The notes: generated by a model from the sequence alone, not told the origin. 64,000 nucleotides of DNA from Frankiales bacterium (GCA_025465465.1 JAODND010000007.1:55102-119101), one strand, 5' to 3'; counted from the stretch's first letter, positions 26,640-35,731 are shown. A program made the numbers and translations.

Positions 26640-27496
26640 GACCCGAGCGCCTTCTCGAGGATCGCCTGGGCGAGCTCGTCAGGTGTGCGGCCCTGCTCGG
26701 CGGCGAGCCGCTCGAGCCGGCGCACGTCGACCCCGGCGAGCGACACCGGCACCTGCTGCCGGGCGTCGCGCGGCGCACCGGGCAGCTTGGCGGCGTCGTC
26801 GGACCCGAGGTAGGCCGCCCCGATGTCGGCCGCGGACAGCTCCGACGGCCGACCGGCCGCGGCGACCATGCCCTGCTCGATGACGACGGCCTGGTCGGCG
26901 ACCTTGAGCGCCTGGCCGACGAACTGCTCCACCATGACGACAGCCATCCCTTCGTCGGCCAGCTTGCGTACGAGGGCGAACAGGTCGGTGACGACCGTCG
27001 GCGACAGGCCCATGCTCATCTCGTCGAGCATGAGGAGCTTGGGTCGCTGCACGAGCGCGCGGCCGATGGCGAGCTGCTGCTGCTGGCCGCCCGACATCGT
27101 CCCGGCCGGTTGGGTGCGGCGCTCCCGCAGGATCGGGAACGCCTCGAGGACCTCCTCGACGGCCTGGGTGTCGCCGTCCCTGCCGGCGCCGTAGAGGCCC
27201 ATCCGCAGGTTGTCGGAGACGGTGAGCCCAGGGAAGATCCCGCGGCCGGCGGGGACGTGCGCGATGCCGAGCCGCGCGACCCGTTCCGGCGCCAGGCCCA
27301 GCAGCGAGGTGCCCTCGAAGTCGACGTGCCCGTCCCGGGCCCGCACCAGCCCGGAGATGCCGAGCAGCGTCGTGGTCTTGCCGGCGCCGTTGGCACCGAG
27401 GACGGCGGTGATCTGCCCTGGCTGCACCGACAGCGAGACATCGCGCACGGCGACGACCCCGCCATAGGCGACCTTGAGGTGGGAGACGGTGAGCAC
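26636..27496 (-). CDS. livF: branched-chain amino acid-type ABC ATPase (LivF-like) with ~50-aa C-terminal RHH-like extension
   Basis: Walker A GANGAGKTT, signature MSGGQQQ, Walker B LLMLDE. Extra tail is VPVSLAGVDVRRLERLAAEQGRTPDELAQAILEKAL. Confidence 0.85.
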   Translation of the reverse strand: MLTVSHLKVAYGGVVAVRDVSLSVQPGQITAVLGANGAGKTTTLLGISGLVRARDGHVDFEGTSLLGLAPERVARLGIAHVPAGRGIFPGLTVSDNLRMGLYGAGRDGDTQAVEEVLEAFPILRERRTQPAGTMSGGQQQQLAIGRALVQRPKLLMLDEMSMGLSPTVVTDLFALVRKLADEGMAVVMVEQFVGQALKVADQAVVIEQGMVAAAGRPSELSAADIGAAYLGSDDAAKLPGAPRDARQQVPVSLAGVDVRRLERLAAEQGRTPDELAQAILEKALGS

Positions 27497-28266
27497 TAGT
27501 GCACCTCCTCCCCCAGGTAGGCCGCGCGGACCGCGGCGTCCTCACGCACGACGCGCGGCTCGCCCGAGGCCAGGACCTTGCCGAAGTCCATGACGACCAC
27601 GTGGTCGCACAACGGCATCACGACGCCCATGTCGTGTTCCACCAGCAGCATGGCGCATCCGAGGGTCGCGCGGACGTGCGCGAGCAGCGCCACGAAGTCG
27701 GCGGTCTCGGCGGGATCGAGTCCGGAGGCCGGCTCGTCGAGCAGCAGGCACTTCGGGGTGAGGCACAGCGCCCGGGCCAGCTCGACGAGCCGGGCCTGGC
27801 CCACGGGCAGCGTCGTCACCTCGACGTCCGCGAGGTGCGACAGCTCGAGGAAGGCGAGGACGGCCCGGGAGCGCTCCTCGGCCTGCCGCAGCGCACGGCC
27901 ACGCCCCGGCAGCCGCAGCGCGTCCACGACGACGCCGGCGTGGGTGTGCCGGTGGGCCGCGACCATGAGGTTCTGCAGCACGCTCATGCCGGAGAACAGC
28001 TGCACCACCTGGAAGGTGCGCGAGAGCCCCATCGCGGTGCGGACGTGGGCCGGCTGCCTCGTGACGTCGGCACCGTTGAGCAGCACCTGGCCGCGGGTCG
28101 CCGGCTGGAGCCCGGTGATGACGTTGAACGTCACCGTCTTGCCGGCACCGTTGGGCCCGATGAGGCCGACGACCTCGCCGGCGTTGACGGTGAGGGAGAC
28201 GCCGTCGACGGCGTTGAAGGCGCCGAACCGGACGCCGACGTCACGGAGCTCGAGGATCGCGGTCAT
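27496..28266 (-). CDS. livG: branched-chain amino acid-type ABC ATPase (LivG-like)
   Basis: GPNGAGKT, LLLDEPASGL. Confidence 0.9.
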   Translation of the reverse strand: MTAILELRDVGVRFGAFNAVDGVSLTVNAGEVVGLIGPNGAGKTVTFNVITGLQPATRGQVLLNGADVTRQPAHVRTAMGLSRTFQVVQLFSGMSVLQNLMVAAHRHTHAGVVVDALRLPGRGRALRQAEERSRAVLAFLELSHLADVEVTTLPVGQARLVELARALCLTPKCLLLDEPASGLDPAETADFVALLAHVRATLGCAMLLVEHDMGVVMPLCDHVVVMDFGKVLASGEPRVVREDAAVRAAYLGEEVH

Positions 28267-30167
28267 GCTGCCGCCACCAGCTCTGGTTGCCTGCGGACGG
28301 TCCTGCTGAGGAACCCGGTGATGCCCTCCGGGGTCAGGGCGAGGATGCCGATGAGGATCGCGCCGGTGAAGAAGGTCGTGAGCGACACCTGCGAGCCGTT
28401 CGCGACGTCACCTGTGCTGCCGAAGTCGAGCGTGGTCAGGGTGACGATCATCCCGCCGAGCACCGCACCCGGGACGCTCCCGACGCCGATGATGACGGCA
28501 TAGGCGAGCAGCGTGATCGACCGTGTGAAGTCGAAGGCCGCCCCGGAGGCGCCCTGCACCAGCCCGGCGTACAACGCACCGGCGAGGCCCGCGACGAACC
28601 CTGAGGCGGCAAACCCGCGGAGCTTCACCGACACCACCGAGAAGCCCATCGCCGCGGTGGCGGGCTCGGAGCTGCGCAGCGCCGTGAGGGCCGCTCCGGT
28701 GCGCGCCCGCCGCAGGCTCGCGACGGCGAAGCAGGCCACGACGAAGATGCCGAGCACCAGCCACGCATAGGCCCGTTGGCCGTCGGCGACGTGTCCCGGG
28801 TCGACGCTGGCGAAGCCCGGCCGGGTGACCGGGCGGTTGCCGTCGTTCGACGCGAGCGGCGGCCACGCATAGAGGAAGCGGTCGGCGGTGAACGACAGTG
28901 ACAGCGTCGCGATGGCGAGCTCGAGAGGTTCGAGCCGCAGCGCCGGCAGACCCACCAGCGCCGCCACCCCGGCGGCGAGGGCCGCGCCGATGAAGATGGC
29001 CAGCAGGAACGGCGCGCCGTGACCCATGGCGATGCCGGTGCCGTAGGCGCCGCAGCCCATGAACACCGCCTGGCACACCGAGACCTGCCCGACCACCCCG
29101 ACGAGCAGCACCAGCGAGAGGGTGGCCAGGCCCCAGATGGCGACCTGGCTGAGGTTGTAGTGCGAGACGTTGCCGCGGTCATCGACGATCAGCGGGGCCA
29201 CCAGCACGACGAGAGCGACACCGGCAGCCGCGGCCAGTGCCGTCCGCCCGCGCGGCAGCGGCTGCAGCGGCGCGGGCAGCAGGCCGCCACCGACGTCGCT
29301 TCGTCCCGTCTTTCGCATGAACAGCAGCGACAGCAGCACCACCGCGAACGCCGTCAGCTCCTGCGTGCCCTTGATGCCGTCGAACTGCTGCAGTGCACGC
29401 GCAGCCATCGGCTGCAGCAGGCCCAGGGTCACACCGCCCGCAAACGTCAGCGGCAGCGACGACAGCCGCCCGACCAGCGCCGCGGCGAGCGCCTGGACGG
29501 TGAACACGACCAGCTTCGTGGTGTCGAGGCCGCCGAGCAACGGGGCGACGAGGACACCGGCGAGCCCACTCACAGCACCACCGAGCGCCCACGCGACGAG
29601 GTTGACCCGGTTGACGCCGATGCCGAGCAGCCGAGCGGCGTCGGGTGACTCGGAAACGGCGCGGGTCGCCGTACCCAAGGCTGTTGCGTTGAAGAAGACC
29701 GCGAGCCCTGCGGCGAGGACGGCGGCGACGAGCAGCAGCAGGACCTGCTGGTTGCTGTAGAGCAGCACGCCGCCCCAGTCGACGAAGTTGCCGTCGCTGA
29801 CGACCTGCACGGGCTGGTTGGTGGCGACCTGGGTGCCGTAGATGAAGCCCACCAGGCCCTGCAGCACCAGCAGCCACCCGAGCGTCACGATCGTGCCCGT
29901 CAGCGCGCCCTTCGCCGGCCGCACCGTGACCTCCATCAGCACGCCGATCGCCGCGCCGAGCACGACCGCGAACGCGACAGCGAGCAGCGTCGGCATCCCG
30001 TGGTGGTGCAACGTGCTGGCGAAGTACGCACAAGCCAGGCCGATCGCACCCGCGGCGAAGTTGAAGACCTTTGAGGTCTTGAACACGATCACGATGCCCA
30101 TCGCGGACAGGGCGTACATCGCCCCGATCGGCAGACCCGAGAGCGCGAGGGAGACATAGAGCTTCAT
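28263..30167 (-). CDS. fused LivH/LivM-type ABC permease
   Basis: 634 aa, about 18 hydrophobic segments; two BPD_transp_2-like halves. Confidence 0.85.
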   Translation of the reverse strand: MKLYVSLALSGLPIGAMYALSAMGIVIVFKTSKVFNFAAGAIGLACAYFASTLHHHGMPTLLAVAFAVVLGAAIGVLMEVTVRPAKGALTGTIVTLGWLLVLQGLVGFIYGTQVATNQPVQVVSDGNFVDWGGVLLYSNQQVLLLLVAAVLAAGLAVFFNATALGTATRAVSESPDAARLLGIGVNRVNLVAWALGGAVSGLAGVLVAPLLGGLDTTKLVVFTVQALAAALVGRLSSLPLTFAGGVTLGLLQPMAARALQQFDGIKGTQELTAFAVVLLSLLFMRKTGRSDVGGGLLPAPLQPLPRGRTALAAAAGVALVVLVAPLIVDDRGNVSHYNLSQVAIWGLATLSLVLLVGVVGQVSVCQAVFMGCGAYGTGIAMGHGAPFLLAIFIGAALAAGVAALVGLPALRLEPLELAIATLSLSFTADRFLYAWPPLASNDGNRPVTRPGFASVDPGHVADGQRAYAWLVLGIFVVACFAVASLRRARTGAALTALRSSEPATAAMGFSVVSVKLRGFAASGFVAGLAGALYAGLVQGASGAAFDFTRSITLLAYAVIIGVGSVPGAVLGGMIVTLTTLDFGSTGDVANGSQVSLTTFFTGAILIGILALTPEGITGFLSRTVRRQPELVAAA

Positions 30168-31543
30168 GAGTCGAAGCTCTTCGCGTCACAGCTGAAGGGC
30201 TTGTACGGGGAGAGCCGTCCGCTCGCGACCTTGCTCAGCTGCAGGCACTGGTTGGGGTCGTGCTCCTGGGTCGGGCCGAAGTGCAGCCCCTGCGGGGTGA
30301 ACTGGCCGCCGACGGCTGCGGGCAGGCTGTTCATGACCTTGAGCAGGTTGTCGCGCGTGATGGTGTCCCCCATGCGTCGGAGCGCCTCGACGAAGATCTT
30401 CGCGCTGAGCCAACCACCCTGGCCGATGTAGCTGATCTGCGCGCGCGACCCGAACTCCGCCTTCACGGTGCGGACGTACTCCTGCACCTCGGGGCCGCCC
30501 TGGTCGAGCGTGGCGAAGTCGCTGGCCACCAGCGTGCCGTCGGTCGACGACGACTGCACGACCGTGGGGTCGGTGAACAGCGGGTCGGCGACGTGCACAG
30601 GGTGGTAGTTCTGCCGGTCGAAGGCCTGCTGCAGGCGGTTGTAGGCGGTCTGGTCGATGAGCGTGGCGAGCCCGTTGACGCCGTTGAGGCGGAACTGCGT
30701 CACCACGTCGTCGTAGGAGGCCTGCGTCACGTCGACCTGCCGGATGTCGCCGCTGGCCAGCGTCTTGCCGGTCGACGCGACGCCCGCTGTGAAGGCCCGG
30801 ACCTGTGCGGAGTTGACGGCCGAGGAGCTGTTGGAGATGAAGATGACACCGGGGTGGGTGACCTTGCTCTTCAGCCCCAGGAAGCGCCCCATCTCATAGC
30901 CGTAGTGGTGCGACTGGAACGCATAGGACCAGGGCGAGTGGTACTCAGCGCCGACGCCGTAGCTGCCGACGAGCGGGATCTTGTTCTGGGCCAGGAAGGG
31001 CGTGATGTCGGCCTCCGTCAGCGGCGCCTGCCAGCCCATGAAGCAGAAGACGCCGTCGCTCACCAGGGCCTGCGCCTGCGACTTGCCGCGCACGCCGCTG
31101 AGCTGGTCGTCGCGCAGGTCCAGCTCGATCTTGTGGCCGTTGACGCCGCCCTGGCTGTTGACCAGGTCGATGTAGGCCTTGGTGCCCTGGGCGCTCGCGC
31201 CGAAGTTGATGGCGCCGGTCTGGCTCACGATGGCACCGACCTTGATGGCTGCGCCCTTCTTGACGGTGCCTGCTCCGGAGTTGTCCGCGGCCACCGGTGC
31301 CTGCGTCGCGCCGCCGACGACCGACGTCGTGGTCCTGCCCTGGGTCCCCGCCGAGCCCTGCGTGGTCAGCGCGTTCGGCACGCCGCTCGGCACCGCACCG
31401 CCGGCGCCGTTGACGTAGACGGTCTTGGTGGTCTGGGTGCTGGTGAAGTGCGTGCCCTGCAGCAGCAGGCTCCCGAAGACGACGAGGGCGACCAGCTGGA
31501 GGGCGAACAGGCCCGCCAGCAGCCGGTCGCGACTACTCAGCAT
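30164..31543 (-). CDS. Leu/Ile/Val-type (Peripla_BP_6) substrate-binding protein, N-terminal TM anchored
   Basis: KVGAIVSQTGAINFG...GGVNGHKIEL motifs; 459 aa; paralogue of the 34309-35688 protein. Confidence 0.8.
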   Translation of the reverse strand: MLSSRDRLLAGLFALQLVALVVFGSLLLQGTHFTSTQTTKTVYVNGAGGAVPSGVPNALTTQGSAGTQGRTTTSVVGGATQAPVAADNSGAGTVKKGAAIKVGAIVSQTGAINFGASAQGTKAYIDLVNSQGGVNGHKIELDLRDDQLSGVRGKSQAQALVSDGVFCFMGWQAPLTEADITPFLAQNKIPLVGSYGVGAEYHSPWSYAFQSHHYGYEMGRFLGLKSKVTHPGVIFISNSSSAVNSAQVRAFTAGVASTGKTLASGDIRQVDVTQASYDDVVTQFRLNGVNGLATLIDQTAYNRLQQAFDRQNYHPVHVADPLFTDPTVVQSSSTDGTLVASDFATLDQGGPEVQEYVRTVKAEFGSRAQISYIGQGGWLSAKIFVEALRRMGDTITRDNLLKVMNSLPAAVGGQFTPQGLHFGPTQEHDPNQCLQLSKVASGRLSPYKPFSCDAKSFDS

Positions 31544-32966
31544 CGGACTTCGGGGTGAACAGCAGACCGAGGAACTCGATCAGCAGCCGCTCGCGCAGCC
31601 GCATCGGCATCTTCTCGAGCAGGGTGTTGATCGCGGCCATCCGCTCCGGCAGGCCGGCCCCGGGCTCGATGCCGGCCAGCGGGAGCAGGGTGCCGAGCAC
31701 GTCGTCGCCGAGAGTCTCGGGGTCGAGGTCCTGCACCGCGGCGAGCAGCGCAGGGTCGCCGACGGTGACGCCTCGGGAAGCCTCGACCGCGACGGCGAGG
31801 TCGACGAGCAGGTCGTCCACGACCGCCTCGCTCGAGGCGGTCAGCGTGAGGTGCATCGACGCCGGCAGGCCGCGGTAGCCGAGCTGCGCCTGGACATACC
31901 AGCCGCGCGCGTTCATCTCGTCGCAGAGCACGAACACGTCGACCTCGTCGCTGGCGATCGCCACGAGGGCCAGCTCGGGGTCGCCCAGCACCCGCAGGCC
32001 GTCGATCTTGTCGACGCCCTCGAGCAGGCGACGCGTCGCGGTCAGCGTCTTCTGCGCCAGCTCGACATAGCCGTCGTCACCGACGGCGTGCAGCACCGCC
32101 CACGCCGCCGCGAGCGGCCCGCCGCTCTTGGTGCTCTGCACCGTCGCGTTGATCATCGTGTAGCCGGTCCAGTCGGCACAGGCGTAGAACTGCTTGCGGC
32201 GCAGAGCGGCGTCGTCGTAGAGCACGACCGAAGCGCCCTTGGGGGCGTAGGCGTACTTGTGCAGGTCGACCGACATCGACGTCACACCCGGCACCCGGAA
32301 GTCGAAGGCGGGTACGTCGACACCGAGCCGCGCGAAGTAGGGCAGCAGCCAGCCGCCGATGCAGCCGTCGACGTGCACCGGGACGCCCCGCTCCAGGCCG
32401 AGCGCCGCGATCTCCTCGACCGGGTCGACGACGCCGTGCGCGTAGGACGCCGCGCTGGCGACCAGCAGCACCGTCCGGTCCGTGATGGCCGCCTCCACGA
32501 GCGACGGAACGGCGCGGAACGTCTGCGGGTCCACGTCCACGAGAACGGCCTCGAGGCCCAGGTAGTGGCAGGCCTTCTGAAAGGCAGCGTGCGCGGTGAC
32601 CGGCAGCACGACCTGGCCGCCGACGATCCCGGCGCGGTCCCGCGCGGCCTTGACGGCAAGGATGATCGACTCGGTGCCACCGCTGGTGAACGAGCCCACC
32701 GCTGTGCTCGACCCGAGGTGCCGGCGGGCGATGTCGACGACGTCGTTCTCCATCGCCAGCAGTGAGGGGAAGACGGTCGGGTCGAGGCCGTTGACGTCGA
32801 GGTAGGACGCATAGACCTCGTGCCCGAGCTCGTCGATGTCGGGGCGCGCCGGGTCATAGACGTAGGCGAAGGTGCGGCCCCCGCGGGCGGCGAGGTCCTT
32901 TGACCGCAGGGCGGTCAGCCGGGCGAGCACCTCCTCGCGCGGCAGTCCGGTGGCGGGCAGCGTCAT
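31533..32966 (-). CDS. sphingosine-1-phosphate-lyase-like group II PLP-dependent enzyme
   Basis: TSGGTESI, HVDGCIGG, FDFRVPGVTSMSVDLHKYAYAPKGASVVLY (PLP Lys) closely track the SPL family signature. Confidence 0.85.
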   Translation of the reverse strand: MTLPATGLPREEVLARLTALRSKDLAARGGRTFAYVYDPARPDIDELGHEVYASYLDVNGLDPTVFPSLLAMENDVVDIARRHLGSSTAVGSFTSGGTESIILAVKAARDRAGIVGGQVVLPVTAHAAFQKACHYLGLEAVLVDVDPQTFRAVPSLVEAAITDRTVLLVASAASYAHGVVDPVEEIAALGLERGVPVHVDGCIGGWLLPYFARLGVDVPAFDFRVPGVTSMSVDLHKYAYAPKGASVVLYDDAALRRKQFYACADWTGYTMINATVQSTKSGGPLAAAWAVLHAVGDDGYVELAQKTLTATRRLLEGVDKIDGLRVLGDPELALVAIASDEVDVFVLCDEMNARGWYVQAQLGYRGLPASMHLTLTASSEAVVDDLLVDLAVAVEASRGVTVGDPALLAAVQDLDPETLGDDVLGTLLPLAGIEPGAGLPERMAAINTLLEKMPMRLRERLLIEFLGLLFTPKSDAE

Positions 32967-34309
32967 GCCGTCTCCAGCACTCGGCTCGAGAGGTCGTCGT
33001 CGATCTCCCGGTACCGCTGCAGGAACGGCAGGCTCGCCAGCGTGAGAAGCCCTGGCAGCACGGAGAACCCGAGCACCAGCCCGAGCACGGCGGTGTCGGT
33101 CTGGACAGGGGCCCTGGTGCCGGCGTCATAGGAGTGGTAGCCGCTGATCGCGAGGATGACCCCGAACAGCGCCGGACCCACGGCGAACGCGATGGTCTCG
33201 CCGCCCTGCCAGACCCCGGTGAAGATGCCCGCGCGGCCGTCGTGCTCGTCGGTGATGAGGTCCGGCAGGATGGCGTAGGGGAACAGCTGCATCCCCGCGT
33301 ACCCGACCCCGAGCAGGATCATCTGGACATAGATGACGACCTCCGCCTCGTCGCGGGCGAAGACGAGTGACGCGGCGGTGAGACCGAAGATGCCGGTGGC
33401 CAGCAGGTAGCCGAGGAGCTTGCCGCGGGTGCGGGAGAACCGCCGCCAGAGCGGCACCATCACCGCGCACGGGGCGACCAGGAACACGAACAGCAGCGTC
33501 GACTTCTTGGCGTCGTGCAGGACGTAGACGGCTACGTACTGGGCGCCGGTGAGCATGGCGGCGGTCGCCGCCGCCTGCAGGTTGTAGCCGAGGAACAGCG
33601 TCACGAACGGCTTGTTGGCGCGCACGACGTCGTACTGCTGGCGCAGGGTCGCGCGTGGGCCGGTGAGCGGCGCCGTCGTCCGGGCCTCGCGGGTGCCCCG
33701 CCAGGCGGTGAGGAAGGCCACCGCGAGGATGCCGGCGACGACGACGGACATCCAGGCATAGCTCGACGCCGAGCCGCCCTTGCCCTCGTTGTCGGCGCCC
33801 GCGATGGTCGGCGCGAGCGCCCCGCCGACCAGGATGCCGACGGTCAGCAGCACCATGCGGACGCTCGTGATGCGGGTGCGCTCGTGGTAGTCGTCGGTCA
33901 TCTCCGGCGGCATCGCCGACCAGGGCACGCAGAAGACGGCGTAGAACGTCATCGCGACCGTGAACACCGCGGTCACGTAGATGGCGCTGGCCAGGTGGCT
34001 CCCGAGCTTGGGCGCGGTGAACAGCAGGACGAACGCCAGCGACGTGCCGAGACCGCCGACGAGCATGAACGGCCGGCGCTTGCCGTAGCGGTTGGTGGTG
34101 CGGTCGGAGATGCCGCCCATCAGCGGGTTGGCGAACGCGTCCCAGAGCTTCGGGACGAACAGCGCGGCACTCGCCAGCCCGGCGCCGATGCCGAGGATGT
34201 TGGTCATGTAGAACAGCAGCAGCAGGCCGGGCACGGTGACGAAGACGCCGTTGCCGATGGCCCCTGCGCCGTAGGAGACGGTCAGCCGGCGGGAGAGCTG
34301 CGCCGCCAT
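32963..34309 (-). CDS. GPH/MFS_2 (MelB/MFSD2-like) cation symporter
   Basis: DAFANPLMGGISDRTTNRYGKRRPFML motif; 12 TM; ATG at 34309 overlaps the upstream stop (TGATG). Confidence 0.8.
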   Translation of the reverse strand: MAAQLSRRLTVSYGAGAIGNGVFVTVPGLLLLFYMTNILGIGAGLASAALFVPKLWDAFANPLMGGISDRTTNRYGKRRPFMLVGGLGTSLAFVLLFTAPKLGSHLASAIYVTAVFTVAMTFYAVFCVPWSAMPPEMTDDYHERTRITSVRMVLLTVGILVGGALAPTIAGADNEGKGGSASSYAWMSVVVAGILAVAFLTAWRGTREARTTAPLTGPRATLRQQYDVVRANKPFVTLFLGYNLQAAATAAMLTGAQYVAVYVLHDAKKSTLLFVFLVAPCAVMVPLWRRFSRTRGKLLGYLLATGIFGLTAASLVFARDEAEVVIYVQMILLGVGYAGMQLFPYAILPDLITDEHDGRAGIFTGVWQGGETIAFAVGPALFGVILAISGYHSYDAGTRAPVQTDTAVLGLVLGFSVLPGLLTLASLPFLQRYREIDDDLSSRVLETA

Positions 34310-35688
34310 CAGAACGGCTGCCCGTCGCAGCGCCAGTCGGTGACGCGGTTGACCCGGCCGCTGGCGACCTTGCCGAACTTGATGCACCGGTTGATGTCGC
34401 GGTTGCCCGGCGCGAACTGCAGGTCGCTGGTGAAGCCGAAGCCGCCCTTGCCGTTGAGGCCGTCCATCACCTTGAGCAGGTTGGCGCGGGTGATCGTGGT
34501 GCCCATCGCCTTCACGGCGGCCACGAAGATCTCGGCGTCGACCCAGCCCTGCTCGCCGAAGTAGTTGATCTGCGCCCGGCTCCCGTAGGCCGCCTTCACG
34601 GTGCTCACGTACTTCTGCACCTGGGCGCCACCGCCGTCGATGAACTCGTAGTCGGTCGCGACGAACACGCCGTCGGTCGCCGACGACTGCTGCACCGACG
34701 GGTCGACGAACAGCGCGTCGGCCGCGTGCTTCGGGTGGTAGGACTGCCGGGCCTGCGACTGCAGCAGCCGGTTGTAGGCGGTCTGGTCGAGCAGGCTCGC
34801 GAAGCCGTCGACGCCGTCCAGCCGGTACTGCGTGACAAGGTCGTCATAGGTGGCCTGCGTCGGCTGCTCGCTCACGATCTCCTTGTCGGAGAGCGTGACC
34901 CCCTTGCTCGCGAACCCTGCCTTGAAGGCCTTCACCAGGTTGGCGTCGGCGGTCGCCTCGTTGTTGGTGATGTAGACCAGGCCCGGCTTCTTGACGCCCT
35001 GCTCGGCCAGGAACCGGCCCATCTGATAGCCGTAGTGCCCGTAGCTCGCGCTGAAGATGTAGCTGTACGAGGAGTGGTACTCCGCGCGCTCGCCGTACCC
35101 GCCGATCAGCGGGATCTTGTTCTGCTCGAGGAACGGCACGATCTGGTTCTCCGTGTTGGGCGCGTTCCACCCCGTGAACGCGAACACACCGTCGCCGACC
35201 ATCTGCTGGGCCTGCGACTGACCGCGTGGCTGGTCGAGCTGGTCGTCGCGAAGGTCCAAGATGATCTTGTGACCGTTGACACCGCCCGCGCGGTTGACCA
35301 TGTCGAAGTAGGCCTTGGTGGCCTGCGCGCTGCTCGCGAAGTTGATCGCCCCGGTCTGCGTGACGATCGCGCCGACCTTGATCGGGGCGCCGGCCGCGAT
35401 GACCTTGGTGTCGGCCTTCGCGGGCGGGACCGTGGTCCCGGGAGCGGGTCCGCTCGTGGTCGTGATGGTCGAGCCCTTGGTCCCGGGGGCTCCCGTCGCG
35501 CCGGCGCTCGCGCTCGTCGTCGGCTGGGCCGCCACACCGGGGTTGCCACCACCCGGGGTCTGCGTCAGCGCGACAGGGCGGTTGTTGTCGGTGTTCAGGT
35601 CGTGCACGAGGATGCCGCCGAACACGGCGGCGACGAGCAGCTGAAACGCGAACAACGCGGCCAACAGGCGATCACGAGGGCTGAGCAA
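34309..35688 (-). CDS. Leu/Ile/Val-type (Peripla_BP_6) substrate-binding protein, N-terminal TM anchored
   Basis: 459 aa; same architecture and many identical blocks as the 30164-31543 protein; TTG start inferred from the paralogue N-terminus MLS(P/S)RDRLLA. Confidence 0.8.
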   Translation of the reverse strand: MLSPRDRLLAALFAFQLLVAAVFGGILVHDLNTDNNRPVALTQTPGGGNPGVAAQPTTSASAGATGAPGTKGSTITTTSGPAPGTTVPPAKADTKVIAAGAPIKVGAIVTQTGAINFASSAQATKAYFDMVNRAGGVNGHKIILDLRDDQLDQPRGQSQAQQMVGDGVFAFTGWNAPNTENQIVPFLEQNKIPLIGGYGERAEYHSSYSYIFSASYGHYGYQMGRFLAEQGVKKPGLVYITNNEATADANLVKAFKAGFASKGVTLSDKEIVSEQPTQATYDDLVTQYRLDGVDGFASLLDQTAYNRLLQSQARQSYHPKHAADALFVDPSVQQSSATDGVFVATDYEFIDGGGAQVQKYVSTVKAAYGSRAQINYFGEQGWVDAEIFVAAVKAMGTTITRANLLKVMDGLNGKGGFGFTSDLQFAPGNRDINRCIKFGKVASGRVNRVTDWRCDGQPF

Positions 35689-35714
35689 GTCTGGGCGCTC
35701 CTCACAGCAATTCT

Positions 35715-35731
35715 TGTCGAGGTACTCGACA
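35715..35731. promoter_or_regulatory. 7-3-7 perfect palindrome TGTCGAG-gta-CTCGACA (candidate TetR operator)
   Basis: Lies in the divergent intergenic region between the operon start (35688) and the TetR gene. A related palindrome TGTCGACA sits at 35794-35801. Confidence 0.35.
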
